Part shown: positions 50,135 through 63,950 of the stretch, piece by piece
Numbering within the stretch: the first letter of the stretch is position 1
Layout of the letters: each line of letters begins with the position of its first letter
Source of the DNA: Microcaecilia unicolor
Lineage: Eukaryota
Assembly: GCF_901765095.1 (NCBI RefSeq)
Contig: NW_021963017.1
Location: 238,253-302,252 of the forward strand
Reading direction: 5' to 3'
DNA length: 64,000 nucleotides
Made by a program: the position numbers and the translations under genes
Notes under the pieces: model-generated
Told to the model about the DNA's origin: nothing
What the model saw: only the letters and a program-made list of their open reading frames with translations
Databases searched by the model: none

Positions 50135-50256
50135 AGATTTCTTTGGATAACAGCTCATTGCACAAGATAAAAGCTGGTCTTCTGGATACTTCTGGTAACT
50201 CTATCCCCCTTAAAGATATTCATATTAAAGGAAGAATAATGGATCTAATTGCACAG
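50135..50256 (+). CDS. PARP4: PARP4 exon (linker into VIT domain)
   Basis: Acceptor catatttag|, donor CAG|gtaatg. Phase 1 in from the previous exon gives (E)ISLDNSSLHKIKAGLLDTSGNSIPLKDIHIKGRIMDLIAQ, the start of the VIT domain. Confidence 0.65.
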
Positions 50257-50629
50257 GTAATGTTTCATTCCTGCCTTTTGTTCTCAGGTTTGCATGTTTT
50301 TCTGTTGGAATTAAATTGTTGGTGGTGTGGGTATTTGTACACAAGTATTCAGAATACAGCCGTTTGGCTGATCTATGGACTTCAAACATATGACCCAATT
50401 AGAGCTTTCTACTCTAAATTGCACTGGCTTCCAATTGAGGCATGAGTACAATTTACATTTAAGCATTACAGTGTCCCAAAATTCTATGTTGAGTTGCTCC
50501 ATCTTAAATGTCTGACCTGATTTCTTTACTTCATGGAGCAAAAACTGTATTTAATACTCGTAATCTATTTATGTTGCATTTCCCAGCTACAAACAAGTTC
50601 CATGAAACAATTGCTTTCTATACCATATC

Positions 50630-51722
50630 AGGCAGCAACCATTTGGAACATATTCAGGCTTATTTTCGAAAGAGGAGGATGCCCATTTTTCGACACAAAT
50701 CGGAAGATGGGCGTCCTTCTCACAGGGTCGCCCAAATGGATATAATGGAAAGCCGATTTTGGGAGTCCCCAACTGCTTTACGTCACGGAGACGACCAAAG
50801 TTCCCAGGGGCGTGTCGGAGGCGTAGCGAAGGCAGGACTTGGGTGTGCCTAACACATGGGCATCCTCGACCCATAATGGAAAAAAAAGGGCGTCCCTGAC
50901 GAGCACTTGGACGACTTTATCTGGTCCTCTTTTTCTAATGAACAAGGCCCAAAAAGGTGCCCATCTCCAGATGACCACTGGAGAGAATTGGGGATGACCT
51001 CCCCTTACTCCCCCAGTGGTACCTAACCCCCTCCCACCCTCAAAAGTCATCTTTAAAAATCTTTTGTGCCAGCCTTTTTGCCAGCCTCAAATGTCATACT
51101 CAGGCCCATCACAGCAGTATGCAGGTCCCTGGAGCAGTTTTAGTGGGTGTATTGCACTTCAGGCAGGTGGACCCAGGCCCATCCCCCCCACACACCTATT
51201 ACACTTGTGGTGGTAAATGTGAGCCCTCCAAAACCCACTATACCCATATCTAGGTGCCCCCCTTCACCCGTAAGGGCTATGGTAGTGGTGTACAGTGGTG
51301 GGTAGTGGGTTTTGGGGGGCTCAGCACACAAGGTAAGGGAGCTATGTTCCTGGGAGCAATTTCTGAAGTCCACTGCAGTGCCCTCTAGGGTGCCCGGTTG
51401 GTGTCCTGGCATGTGAGGGGGACCAGTGCTCTATGAATGCTGACTGCTCCCACGACCAAAGGGCTTGCATTTGGTCGTTTTTGAGATGGGCGTCCTTAGT
51501 TTCTATTATAGCCGAAAATCAGAAACGACCAAGTCTAGGGACGACCATCTCTAAGGACGACCTAAATGTCAAGATTTGGGCGTCCCCGACCGTATTATCG
51601 AAACGAAAGATGGACGTCCGTCTTGTTTCGATAATACGGGTTTCCCTGCCCCTCCACCGGGAAATTTTGTGAAGATGTCCTCAGCAAAACTTGGCGTCCC
51701 CTTCGATTATGCCCCTCCACAT
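50630..51722 (+). repeat. ~1.1-kb interspersed repeat, copy B
   Basis: See copy A. It contains the palindrome ccgtattatcgaaacgaaagatggacgtccgtcttgtttcgataatacgg (~51590-51640). Confidence 0.6.
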
Positions 51723-51906
51723 CACTCGCTATTAGATCTTTTAGATATTATCTAATATTTAGTAAAAAAAAAAAAACTGAAAACTTTTCTTTTCCAGAAA
51801 TATAGATGGGCAGATACTGATTGATTATTATTTTTTTTTTTTAATTATCAACTTTATTTAACTAATTTAATTGAGTTATTGTAACTCCAGACGTAATGAC
51901 CTGATA

Positions 51907-53500
<1,594 letters not shown>

Positions 53501-54294
53501 ATCTTGGTTCTGTGATCCACCTTAGTTGTAATGTAATATAATGTAAAGTATTTGGCTGCACAATTTTATTAAGAACCATTCTGCATATGTAAGACACATT
53601 TTACATGTGGAAAAAAAAGCTTTATAAAATTATCAAGGCTGCACGTCAATCACAATTAATGTAATATATATTGACAGCAATTAAAAATATTAGTCACAGT
53701 TAATAAAATTAAGCTCCCGGGGTACCTTTTCTTCTCCCTGCATGGCCACCATTACTTTCTCCTTCTCTTTCTCTTCTTGTTGCAGCCTGCATTGCTTTCA
53801 TTGGCTGTTTAGCCCGGGAGTGCCTGATTGGCTCTTTGCCCAGTAAGCCAAAGAGGAGTGTCACTATTGGGGAGAGTGCTGAATATCAGCAGGTGCTCCC
53901 TCCCCTCTGCTTGCTGCTGCTGCTGCCTGCCTGCCCACTCCCCTGCCGATGCTTGCCTTCATGTTTGCCCACCTGCCTGCCAGTGCTTGCCTGCCTACTG
54001 CTGCTGCTGCTGACTACCTGCCTTCTAGTGCCTGCCTGCTGCCTGTCTCCACTGGTAAGTACTAGGCATGTGGGCCTCCTCATGGCCACCCTGCTGCAGT
54101 CTTGTATCCTTTCTGCCCCCTGCTGCAGTCTCTCATCCTTTCCGGGTTCCCCCACACCACAGTCCAGCATCCTTTCTGATCCCCCTCCTCCTCCCCCCTC
54201 TGTCTCAATCCTGCATCTTCTCAGGGACCCCTCCCCCCACCTCCTCTAGACTGCTCCCTGCCTGCATACCTGAATGGTGCCTCAGGCATACAGG

Positions 54295-54580
54295 CAGGTA
54301 GCACACAGTCTGGGGGGAGGAAGAGAGATGCTTGAGTGACTACATCTCTCTTCCACTCTGTTCTCCCCCCCCCCCACCAAGGCACTGTGCTGTCTGTCTA
54401 CATGCCTGATCTGTGAGTCGCAGATCAGGCATGCAGACAGGACACAGTCTGGGGGGGGGGGGGAGGACAGGAAAGAAAGACAGAGGCAGTGATGGGGAAG
54501 AGGAGGAGGACAGGAGAGAAAGAGATACAGTCATTGAGACTGCATCTCTTCCCTCCTTTCCCCCTGTTCTTGTTATGGTT
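54295..54580. repeat. ~140-bp tandem duplication with embedded hairpin
   Basis: acacagtctgggggg..gg and ..atctct(c)ttcc..tgttct motifs are repeated at 54303/54443 and 54340/54545. A perfect 10-bp-stem hairpin gcctgatctgtgagtcgcagatcaggc lies at ~54398-54424. A CCAAT-box cluster sits upstream at 53800-53880. Confidence 0.4.
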
Positions 54581-55027
54581 ATTTTATTAATAAATACAAT
54601 ATTGTTATTTTAAGTTTTCCTTGCTTCCTTTGTTTTTAATCGTGTGATTAAACATTTGTAATCAAAACGTACCCCTAAAAACGTAGCCCCTTATAGTTTT
54701 GCTGTGTATACTTTTGAAATACTGTACAATACAGAGAAGCTGCATGTTTCTTTTGTTATAAAAGTCATCTTATATAAAGAAGCAGAGGTTTGTAGTTTGG
54801 GGATCATATCCAACCTTTCAACCAGATGAATAGACTGATGCAAAGCCAGAACCCTCTACTGATATTGATGTAATTGTTACTTCCAGAGTGATAACTGACC
54901 AATTTGGGAGTTTCTTTGTTGAAAGATGGGTAGGCTTTTGGAGCCATTTGAGGTCATGAAGTGAGATTTGACATTAGAGAGTGTTGAAATGTTCTAACCT
55001 TATGACCCACTCAGCCTTCTAGGGTTA

Positions 55028-55330
55028 CTTGTCCTCCATGTGTTGCACAGCACTGCAACTACTACTTATCATTTCTTTAGCACTACAAGCCATACGCAGC
55101 GCTGCACACCATACACAAAAAGACAGTCCCTGCGCAAAGACCTTACAATCTAGATAAGAGAGGAGACAGACAGAACAATTAAGGGTAGGGGAATAAAGAG
55201 GTGAGGATAAAGGATAGGGCAAGTGAGCAGTGGTTAGGAGTCAAAAGCAGTGGTAAAGAGGTGGGCTTTAAGTTTGGACTTGAAAACGGCCAAAGAGGGG
55301 GCTAGACGTACAGGCTTGGGAAGATGGATG
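55028..55330 (-). repeat. L2-type 3' tail (same family as 18600-18790), reverse orientation
   Basis: ctactacttatcatttctttagcactacaagccatacgcagcgctgcaca...cttacaatcta is the reverse complement of the 18650-18790 tail. Confidence 0.45.
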
Positions 55331-55539
55331 ATTTATGTGGGCCAGTGTTGGCAAGGATTGTGATGAATGAGTCATTGCAAACTGGAATGACGCCAGAGAG
55401 TTTAAAATTTGCTACAGTGTTCCCATTGTTAATTCATCTTTGGTACTCAAATGCTTAAAAATTATAAACCCGTCTCATCTCTCCCAATGCTTGCAAAGGT
55501 CATTTAGCATGCGGTTTTGACGTAGCTCAATGACTTTCT

Positions 55540-56010
55540 TGAACCTGCTGGGATTTTGGACTCATACGAGTTTGGATTTAGATAGGCCCCAGTACTGAGT
55601 CACTCTTGTTGTCTATTGTGGATGTATTGAGAGAAGTTTTTTTCATAGTTTGTCTGGATATTTTGGCTGCATTTGATACGTTGATTCTTGCTATTCTGCT
55701 GCGTTGTTTAAAAGGATTCGAATTTTTAGGAGTGGTATGGGAATGGCTTAGTTTATTCTTAAGAGGTAGGAGGCAGGTGATTAGGGTGGGTGATGAGTGT
55801 TCTGCTTCAAAACAACTGATTGTTGGAGTACCAAAGGGTTCTTGTGTGTCTGCTGTATTGTTTACTATTAATCTACGTGATTCCTCTCTGCTATTGCTTA
55901 GTATTTATTGGCCTTTTATAGGGTTTATACTGGTGATGTGCAGGGCTTTTTTCCCCTTTTTAAATGTCAGTCAAATTGGCATTGGGACAGCTGAGAAACA
56001 ATATTCATGA
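55540..56010 (+). mobile_element. L2-clade LINE RT fragment
   Basis: ORF 55606-56010 has LDILAAFDTLILAILLRCLKGFEFLGVVWEWLSLFLRGRRQVIRVGDECSASKQLIVGVPKGSCVSAVLF, matching the L2 RT motif LDLSAAFDTVDH..LL.RL...G..G..L.WF.SYL..R.Q.V......GVPQGSVLGP.LF. Confidence 0.55.
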
Positions 56011-56214
56011 CAGTGGCCAGCTGGTTGGAAGATAATAGATTGGTTTTGAATGTTGGGAAATTGGAAGTAATGGTGGTCTCTCAATCTGAGGCAACTGATC
56101 TTTCTAGTAGGTTGAGTTAGGTGAATAGGAAGTTTCTATTATACATCAGGTGTGTAATTTGGGTGGTGGTCTTGACGCAGGCTTGTCCTTTAAACAACAA
56201 GTGTGTAAGGTGTT

Positions 56215-57100
56215 TAAGCTACTACTATTTAGCATTTCTATAGCGCTACAAGGCGTACGCAGCGCTGCACAAACATAGAAGAAAGTCCCTGCTCAAAGAG
56301 CTTACAATCTAATAGCCAAAAAATAAAAATAAAGTAAGCAAATCAAATCAATTAATGTGAACGGGAAGGAAGAGAGGAGGGTAGGTGGAGGCGAGTGGTT
56401 ACAAGTGGTTAAGAGTCAAAAGCAATGTTAAAGAGGTGGGCTTTCAGTCTAGATTTATAGGTGGCCAAGGATGGGGCAAGACGTAGGGGCTCAGGAAGTT
56501 TATTCCAGGCACAGGGTGCAGCGAGACAGCGCGAAGTCTGGAGTTGGCAGTAGTGGAGAAGGGAACAGATAAGAAGGATTTATCCATGGAGCGGAGTGCA
56601 CGGGAAGGGGTGTAGGGAAGGACGAGTGTGGAGAGATACTGGGGAGCAGCAGAGTGAGTACATTTATAGGTTAGTAGAAGAAGTTTGAACAGGATGCGAA
56701 AACGGATAGGGAGCCAGTGAAGGGTCTTGAGGAGAGGGGTAGTATGAGTAAAGCGACCCTGGCGGAAGTTGAAGATGTTTAGTAAGGTGAGGCTCTTTGT
56801 GCTTGGAGAGGATTTTCATTTGTTTGGTCAGAGTATGATGTTGAGTGATTATTCTAACTCGTTGTACCTAGGATGTTGATTGGTTTAGATTATTCTAACT
56901 CGTTGTACCTAGGATTTCCTGCTGGATGGATAAAGGCCTTGCAGGTAATACAAAATGTTCTCCATGATATGATCATGTGTTGCCATTGTTCAGCTGCATT
57001 GACTTCTTGTGGAAGCTAGGATACAGTTTAGCCTTTCAGTAGATTAACAATGTGTTCTGGCATGCATATGCTGCTTACCTGACAGGTGCTCTGCACATTT
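56215..57100 (-). repeat. L2-type 3' region (reverse orientation)
   Basis: It begins ctactactatttagcatttctatagcgctacaaggcgtacgcagcgctgcaca...cttacaatcta (the same tail family) and continues ~800 bp. Confidence 0.4.
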
Positions 57101-57149
57101 ATACACCTGCAAGGTGATTGAGGTCTGAGGGGGCAGTATTGTTATCCAT

Positions 57150-59750
57150 CCCTAATTTGGCTAGGGTACGTTTTGAGGAGGCTCGGAAGAGTTCCTTATG
57201 TTTGGCAAGACCTGTGATATACAATCGGCTGTTCCATAGCGTCCCACAGATCAATCCAGAGACTTGTGGGTTGCGTCCCTCTACCAGCAGGTTGGAATTG
57301 GTTCGTCCGATAGTAGACTCGTTTCTGGAATCTCCTTGCAAATCTCCCGCCAAGGTGTGGGCAGTTCGTCACACCCTCCTCAACTTACAACAACTGGGAG
57401 CTGTCCAGCCTGTACTCCCAGCAGAAAGAGGGTGCGGTCGATACTCCATTTATTTTGTGATGCCAAAAAAGGGCGGTTCTTGGCGACCTGTCCTAGATCT
57501 CAAGTGCTTCAACAGGTCCTTATGGGTTCGGCATTTCCGCATGGAAACCCTCCGCTCGGTGATCGCAGCGGTACAGCCAGGAGAGTTTTTGACATCTCTC
57601 GATCTCAAAGAGGCCTATTTACACATTCCAATTTGGCCTCTCCACAGTCGTTTTCTTCGCTTTGCAGTGCTCTGTCGTCATTTTCAATTCAAAGCGATGC
57701 CCTTCGGCCTAGCCACAGCACTTTGGACTTTTGGAAAAGTCCTTTCTGAGATAGGCCGCCACTTCGACAAGGACCTTGGAAAAAGTGGCGGCCTATCTCA
57801 GAAAGGAAGGGATTCAAGTCCATCCTTATCTAGATGACTGGCTTGTGCGGGCGTCTTCTTTCGAGGAGATTCAATGGGCAACCAACAGAGTGGTCAGGTT
57901 GCTTCAGTTGCTTGGTTGCGTGATCAACTTCCCAAAGTGCAGCCTTACGCCTTCCCAGACGCTGGAATACTTGGGAGTGTACTTCGATACCCGAACAGAG
58001 ATAGTTTCTCTTCCTTCAGCTTGAGCGCAGCGGTTGCAGGGTCAGTTGCGAGCTCTGTTCCAAACTCCGAACCCGCAGACTTGGGACTATGTACAAGTTC
58101 TGGGTTCCATGGCCTTCACCTTGGACGTCGTAAAGTGGGCCAGAGCTCACATGCGCCCCCTGCAGTGGCACCTTCTGAGCCATTGGTCTCCTCTCTGGGA
58201 GGATTACGAGGTTCAGGTGCCATATTCGACCCGTCTGCACACAATCATGCACTTGTGGTTCATTCAAAAGAATCTGGTGTCGGGCATTTTTCTGCAAACC
58301 CCAGAATGGAAGATCGTGACCACAGATGCGTTGTTGTCTGTTTGGGGGGCTCATTGCCTCCAACAGACGGCCTAGGGCATTTGGACCTCGACGGAGGCGT
58401 CTTGGTCCATCAACCGCTTGGAGTTGTAGGCGATTCGTCTGGCCCTTCGGGAGTTACTGTCTCTTCTGCGTGGTTGCCCAGTTCGAGTTCTCTCGGATAA
58501 TGTGACGGCGGTCGCCTACGTAAACCGTCGGGGACACCGGGTGTGCACCACTAGCTTGCGATGCAGCCCTGATTTGCCATTGGGCAGAGACTCATCTCTC
58601 TCTCTTGACGGCGGCTCATATAGCGGGGTAGAGAATATGCAAGCGGACTTTCTCAGTCGCCACCAGTTGGAGCCGGGGGAGTGGACACTCTTCCCTCTGG
58701 CCTTAGATCAGATAGCTTCACGTTGGGGGATGCCGGTGATGGACTTAATGGCCACCACATTCAATGCAAAGTTTCCCCGTTTCTTCAGCAGAGGAAGATA
58801 GCTGGGCTCAGAAGGCATCCATGCTCTTCTACAACCTTAGCCCAGGGGCCTGCTCTATGCCTTTTCCTCTGGCCTATAGTGGGCAGGTTACTGACTCACA
58901 TTGCCAGTCATTCCGGTCAAGTGATCCTGGTGGCCCCAGATTGGCCCAAACGTCCCTGGTAAGTTGATATGGTCAGGCTCCTGTTCGATCGTCCGCTCCG
59001 GCTCCAGGCGCAGGATGGTCTCTTGCTGCAGGGACCAGTCATGATGGAGGATCCCTCCCCCTTTGGTCTTACGGCCTGGCCCTTGAAAGGGCGAAGTTGA
59101 GAAGGAAAGGATATCTGGATGTGGTTATCGCTACGAAGCTTCAGGCTCGGAAAAGATCCACCTCGATAGCTTATGCTAGGGTGTGGCATACTTTCGATTC
59201 ATTGTGTGCAAGTTCGGGATTGTCAACGGCTTTGGCTTCGGTATCGGTTATCCTCGTATTTCTTCAGGATGGTGTACAGAAATCATTCTCATTGAGTTCT
59301 CTTAAGGTGCAGGTGGCAGCTCTGGCATGCTTTAGAGGCCAACTTCAGGGGGTGTCGATCGCCTCCCACCCGGATGTGGTTCGTTTTTTGAGGGGCGTAA
59401 ATTGGTTGCGTCCTCCGCATGTGCCAGTTCTGCCATCCTGGAACCTTAATCTAGTTCTCAAAGCGCTTCAGCGTCCTCCTTTCGAACCCTTATGGGGATT
59501 ACGGTTAAGGATTTTACCTTGAAGGCAATTTTCCTAGTAGCCGTTACTTCAGCTCGGAGAATTTCAGAGTTGCAGGCTCTTTCTTGCAGAGACCCCTTCC
59601 TGCGTTTTACAGAGGCAGGAGTATCGATTAGGACAGTTCTTTCGTTTTTGCCCAAGGTGGTTTCTTGTTTCCATTTGGGGCAGTCTCTGTATTTGCCGAC
59701 TTTTCGCCGGGAAGACGTGGGATGTACCCAAGTAGTCCTCAAGTAGGGCG
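57150..59750 (+). mobile_element. DIRS-like retrotransposon copy 2 (gag-less, frameshifted, 3'-truncated)
   Basis: RT (57118-57837: YSIYFVMPKKGGSWRPVLDLKCF, LDLKEAYLHIPIW, AMPFGLATALWTF; 57776-58024: HPYLDDWLV), RNase H (58034-58375: TTDALLSVWGAH), a methyltransferase-like region (58502-58962), the YR N-terminal domain (59097-59522) and the YR core (59492-59746: FLVAVTSARRISELQAL) occur in several frames. No ITRs were identified. Confidence 0.7.
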
Positions 59751-59756
59751 GGACAC

Positions 59757-60060
59757 CCCCAACCCGGCAGAAATCACCGACTAGCCAAACACCGCATCCT
59801 GCCGAGCTGCCACATCCACCCGATAATGATTAGTGAACGTATGGACCGAAGCCCATGTAGCGGCTCTGCAGATATCTTCCAGAGAAACCAAACAGGACTC
59901 TGCATAGAAGGAAACCTGAGCTCGCGTAGAATGAGCACGAATTTGCGCAGGGGCTCGCTTGCCCAATGCCATGTAGGCCAGTGATGGCCTCCCTCACCCA
60001 ATGGGCTATGGTGACCTCGGAAGCCATATGACCCTTCTTACTGCCTCAAAAAAGGACGAA
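59757..60060 (-). mobile_element. inverted DIRS YR C-terminal fragment abutting copy 2
   Basis: Minus ORFs 59830-60027 and 59781-59972 encode ...IAHWVREAITGLHGIGQ... and ...EDICRAATWASVHTFTNHYRVDVAARQDAVFG, homologous to the copy-1 YR C-terminus (WLADCISFTYAQAG...EEICKAATWSSVHTFTSHYCL). Confidence 0.6.
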
Positions 60061-60910
60061 GAGATGGTCAGAGAGACAAAAGTTATTCGTCACCTCTAAT
60101 CCAGAGCCCCCTACCCAGATTTACTGTCTGCAGTTTTGTTTTGGTTGGTTAGTTTTTTCGGATTTCGTTGTTCTGAATGTTCCTTCATTTGATTAAATAA
60201 GAAAAACAAATAAATTTGGAAGTGGTGGAAGTATGTTGGGCATTTGGTCTGACAATGTCAGGAGAGTTTTCTATTGTTTCCATTCCACTGCTTTGGTATC
60301 GTTCATACTGAGGTTTACTTGGTTGCACAGGTCCACATATAGCAAATCTCTGAGGTTCTCTCTGTCTCCACCTGCTGGTAGAGGGACACAACCCACAAGT
60401 CTCTGGATTGATCTGTTGGGAGTAATGGAAAGAAAATGATCAGGTAAGAATTAATTTTTCCCTACTGTTTCGGAGACATGACATTATTTAAGATGCATCT
60501 TCAAGGGCTACCTTTTTCCTGATATTTGACCACCAAATGAAGGGGGGGCAGGATGATTGACAATCTGGTGACAGATGTGCATATTTGTGTCTTAGAGGGG
60601 AAGATCCCCTTTGTAGAGTAGGGAGGTTGATGGGGGAAGGTGTTTGTTTTATGTGTTTTTTTATTGTGAAATGTTTTGGATGGAAGCAGACAATAAATGT
60701 TTAAAACCATTACTGAAAAACCTGAATAAAGTTATTGGCCATTTACAGCATGTTCTTCATGTTCAGTGTCTTGTTGATACTTGATAATATTGAACTTGAG
60801 TGTAATATATTTGTGCATCTAGGAGTGTGATCATCATATGATATAAAAATTTCGGTAGCGGAGTTTTTCACTGAGGACCAGCATGACAGCTAGTTCTCCT
60901 TCCATTTCAG

Positions 60911-61042
60911 GTAGTGGTTTTTCAGACATACACCAACTTATCCAGCATTCCCATTGAGGCAAAGTATGTCTTTCCTTTGGATGGCACTGCAGCTGTGTGT
61001 GGTTTCGAAGCCTTCATCAATGGAAAACATATCATAGGAGAG
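60911..61042 (+). CDS. PARP4: PARP4 VIT-domain exon
   Basis: Acceptor ccatttcag|, donor GAG|gtaaat. Phase 0 gives VVVFQTYTNLSSIPIEAKYVFPLDGTAAVCGFEAFINGKHIIGE (VIT domain signature FPLD...AAV.GFEAFINGK). It joins ...DLIAQ from the exon at 50135. Confidence 0.7.
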
Positions 61043-61059
61043 GTAAATTAATCATGTAT

Positions 61060-61560
61060 TATGGTGCATAAATGGGATCCCAGATCCAAAAATTACTGCC
61101 ATGCTGTAATGTTATAAAAGCAAGGTCTTAGCTTAAAATGTTCTCTTCAACAAAGCCTACTAAGGACATCCTCACTAACTATTCCCCAAACTACTCAGAT
61201 GCATCTAAAACACCTCTCACAAGACCTACCTAGCACCTGCATCTAAATTACCTACCTTAGCTTATCATCGACTGTATCTAAGATCATGTAATGACTGCAT
61301 CATAACAACACTCTGTAAGCCACATTGAACCTGCAAAAAGGTGGGATAATGTGGGGTACAAATGCAATAAATAAATGGTTCCCTCGCTGCAAAAGAGGGG
61401 TCCAAGATCCAAAAATTATGGTTCCCTTGCATAGAACCATGGTCTCAAAAAAAAAAAAAAGCATGAAAGCTTGGTCTTATAAAAAAAATGGTTCTTTCGC
61501 TACAGAAACAGGATCCCAGATCCAAAAATTCATTCATAAAAGCATGGGTTCAAATCACAA
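61060..61560. repeat. degenerate ~110-bp tandem repeats (ggatcccagatccaaaaatt core x3)
   Basis: Three spaced copies at ~61076, 61392 and 61510. A second direct pair gaagccRYRcgcttcttaa sits at 61568/61712. Confidence 0.4.
61140..61385 (+). repeat. L2-tail-type SINE/LINE 3' end (partial)
   Basis: Ends ccacattgaacctgcaaaaaggtgggataatgtggggtacaaatgcaataaataaatgg, matching 16840-16890. Confidence 0.45.
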
Positions 61561-62989
61561 ACAGGAAGAGAAGCCACACGCTTCTTAACTCGGATGAGGG
61601 GCGCATGAAAGAGTATCAGCTGCAAAGCATGCTTCCTTTACAGAGAAGCACGGTGTCAGCACGAACATGGCTAAAAAATGACTTTCTTGCAGCATGTGAA
61701 GCCAGAAAAAAGGTTGAGAAGCCGTGCGCTTCTTAAAGGCAATGCGACATAATTGGGGGGGGGGGGGGCTTTGTTGGATATGTCGGATGGTCGGATTTCC
61801 AAAGAATGGATAATCGAGACTGTATCTTGGTTTGTACAGACTCAAAGCTAATGATCAGATCCTGCTGATTTAAAAAAAACCATGATTCTGTTCACAGAAA
61901 GTGTACTTCTACCTGTGGCAAAAAAGGGGTGAGGTTAGGTTAGGGGAGAGAAGGTACATGTTGGGATTTCATTTGAAACCCCTTCATGTAATCTCTGCAT
62001 GTACATTTACACTTGCTTCAAAGCAGGTATAGAGGTATTTGAGTATTAAGTAGCCTTTGTGCACCATGACCCAGTTTTCAAAGGAAAATCCTATAAGGAA
62101 TTTCCCTTTGAAAACTGGCTTGTAACTACAGATACATAATACCCACAGATCAGCAACATAGCCATTCTAAAAATTGCCTCAATATTAAATTATGGAAACA
62201 GTTTTCAAAGACATAAATGGGTGTTTACCAATGAAAAAATCTAGGCTTTGCAAAAAAAGAAGGAAGCTGAAGCAGGCTGCTCCTTCTCAGCCCAGTCAAC
62301 TGAAACATATGAATACAGCCAGTTGGTTTTCCAACATATACCCTGCCGGCCCTGTTAGGTCATGATTACTTTCTTCAAGATTGACAGAAAACAGATGCTT
62401 TGTGCTCAGTATTATGATATCTGGATTTCACCTCAGATTTCTACTTATTCCACCTGAAAGACCCTTGCCATGTCTCAAGTACTATAGGCCCTCATCCACC
62501 TACTTCAGAAAGTTATTAAACTATTAGAAACCAATACAATCAGTAGAACTCATGCCAATACAAGAGAATTAAAGAAAGCCTATATGCATATATCAGTTTA
62601 TTCCATTGGCAGGATGTTCTTAATTTCATCCTACAAATAACCATTTCCTCAGCGACCCTCCAGACCGGTCAAGACGCGTGGGTTATGTCCTCCTACCAGC
62701 AGAGGGAGACTGAGAAAACACTAAGCTTTTGAAGCCTGTATATATAACCTGTGCAGAACCTCCACTAGCCAGTATTTTCTCAGTCTCAGCAGAGGTAGCA
62801 GTTGACAGCCTGTGCAGTCTCCAATAGTCTGGTGAGGTAGTTTGTCATTGGGTCGTAGGACTTTTTCCTTCCAAACTTTATTCTGTTGCAGTACCCTGTA
62901 CGTGTGTGTAAAAAAAAAAAAAAAAAAGTGCTTTGGGGCCCTGGATCCGGTGGGGCCCAGTTTTTCCCCCTGGGGTGTTACACCTATGT

Positions 62990-63365
62990 TTGGGTCCCTC
63001 CCCCTGTGCTGCTCTCTATTTCTGTTTGCTTGGCAGCTTTGTGCCTCGGCTGCTTTCTCAGTATTGTAGCCTTGAGTGCCTTACAATTTCCAGATGCCAG
63101 AATTAGAGTACTGTGCCTTTAAGGTCAGTTATTCTATTTCGTTTTGCTTGGCAGCTTTGTGCCTCGGCTGCTTTCTCAGTATTGTAGCCTTGAGTGCCTT
63201 ACAATTTCCAGATGCCAGAATTAGAGTACTGTGCCTTTAAGGTCAGTTATTCTATTTCGTTTTGCTTGGCAGATTTGTGCCTCGGCTGCTTTCTCAGTAT
63301 TGTAGCCTTGAGTGCCTTACAATTTCCAGCTGCCAGAGTTGGAGTACTGTGCCTTTAAGGGCATT
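62990..63365. repeat. tandem repeat, 119-bp unit x3
   Basis: Near-identical direct copies: ...tttgcttggcagctttgtgcctcggctgctttctcagtattgtagccttgagtgccttacaatttccagatgccagaattagagtactgtgcctttaaggtcagttattctatttcg. ORFs 62842-63122 are translations of it. Confidence 0.75.
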
Positions 63366-63369
63366 TATT

Positions 63370-63950
63370 TCTTTATTTTCAGCGGACCGAACGGGGGTTT
63401 AGATTCCTTGCTGGAACGAGGGAGCAGCGCTTTCTTCAGTGCTTTTGCAGTGTGAGTGAGTTTTTGGTTTGGCGCGTTTACGGAACAGCTTTTCCCGTCC
63501 CTCGTGGTTTATGGCGGCCCAGCTCCTCCGATGTCGCGCGTGCTCGTGGCGAGGGGTAGAGGCACCGGGCGCTCAGTGTAGCTTTGCGGTGCACTTATAA
63601 AAGTGGCTGTGGCTCCCCCCGACTTGACCGCGGAGGGATCGATGGTGTCAGGAGTCTCCGGGTCAGCGGGAGCGTAGGCAGGGCCGCTGTCAGCGGGAAC
63701 AGTTTCGGCGGGAACAGCCGCCATCTTGAGTCCGACGCGGCCCGTGGAGCCATTTGTTTTTGGGCCTGCGGCCTCCGTTTTTGGCACAAAAGGGCCTAAT
63801 GACGGTCCAGGAATGGTGGGCTTTCCTCCAGATTTTGTCTGGACGCGGTATCAGGCCTGGAGATTGGGACCCCCCTCCCCCCCCAATTGGAAGAGGGGGC
63901 TGTTTTCGGCTTGGCTGAGAGACCACGGTTAGAGTGGTCAGAGGACAGGC
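63370..63950. promoter_or_regulatory. GC/CpG-rich island with TATA-like box (possible promoter/5' exon, unassigned)
   Basis: High CpG density. tataaaag lies at 63596-63603 on the + strand. A minus-strand ORF 63509-63787 (MAAVPAETVPADSGPAYAPADPETPD...) has caagATGg Kozak-like context. There is no homology I can name. Confidence 0.25.
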
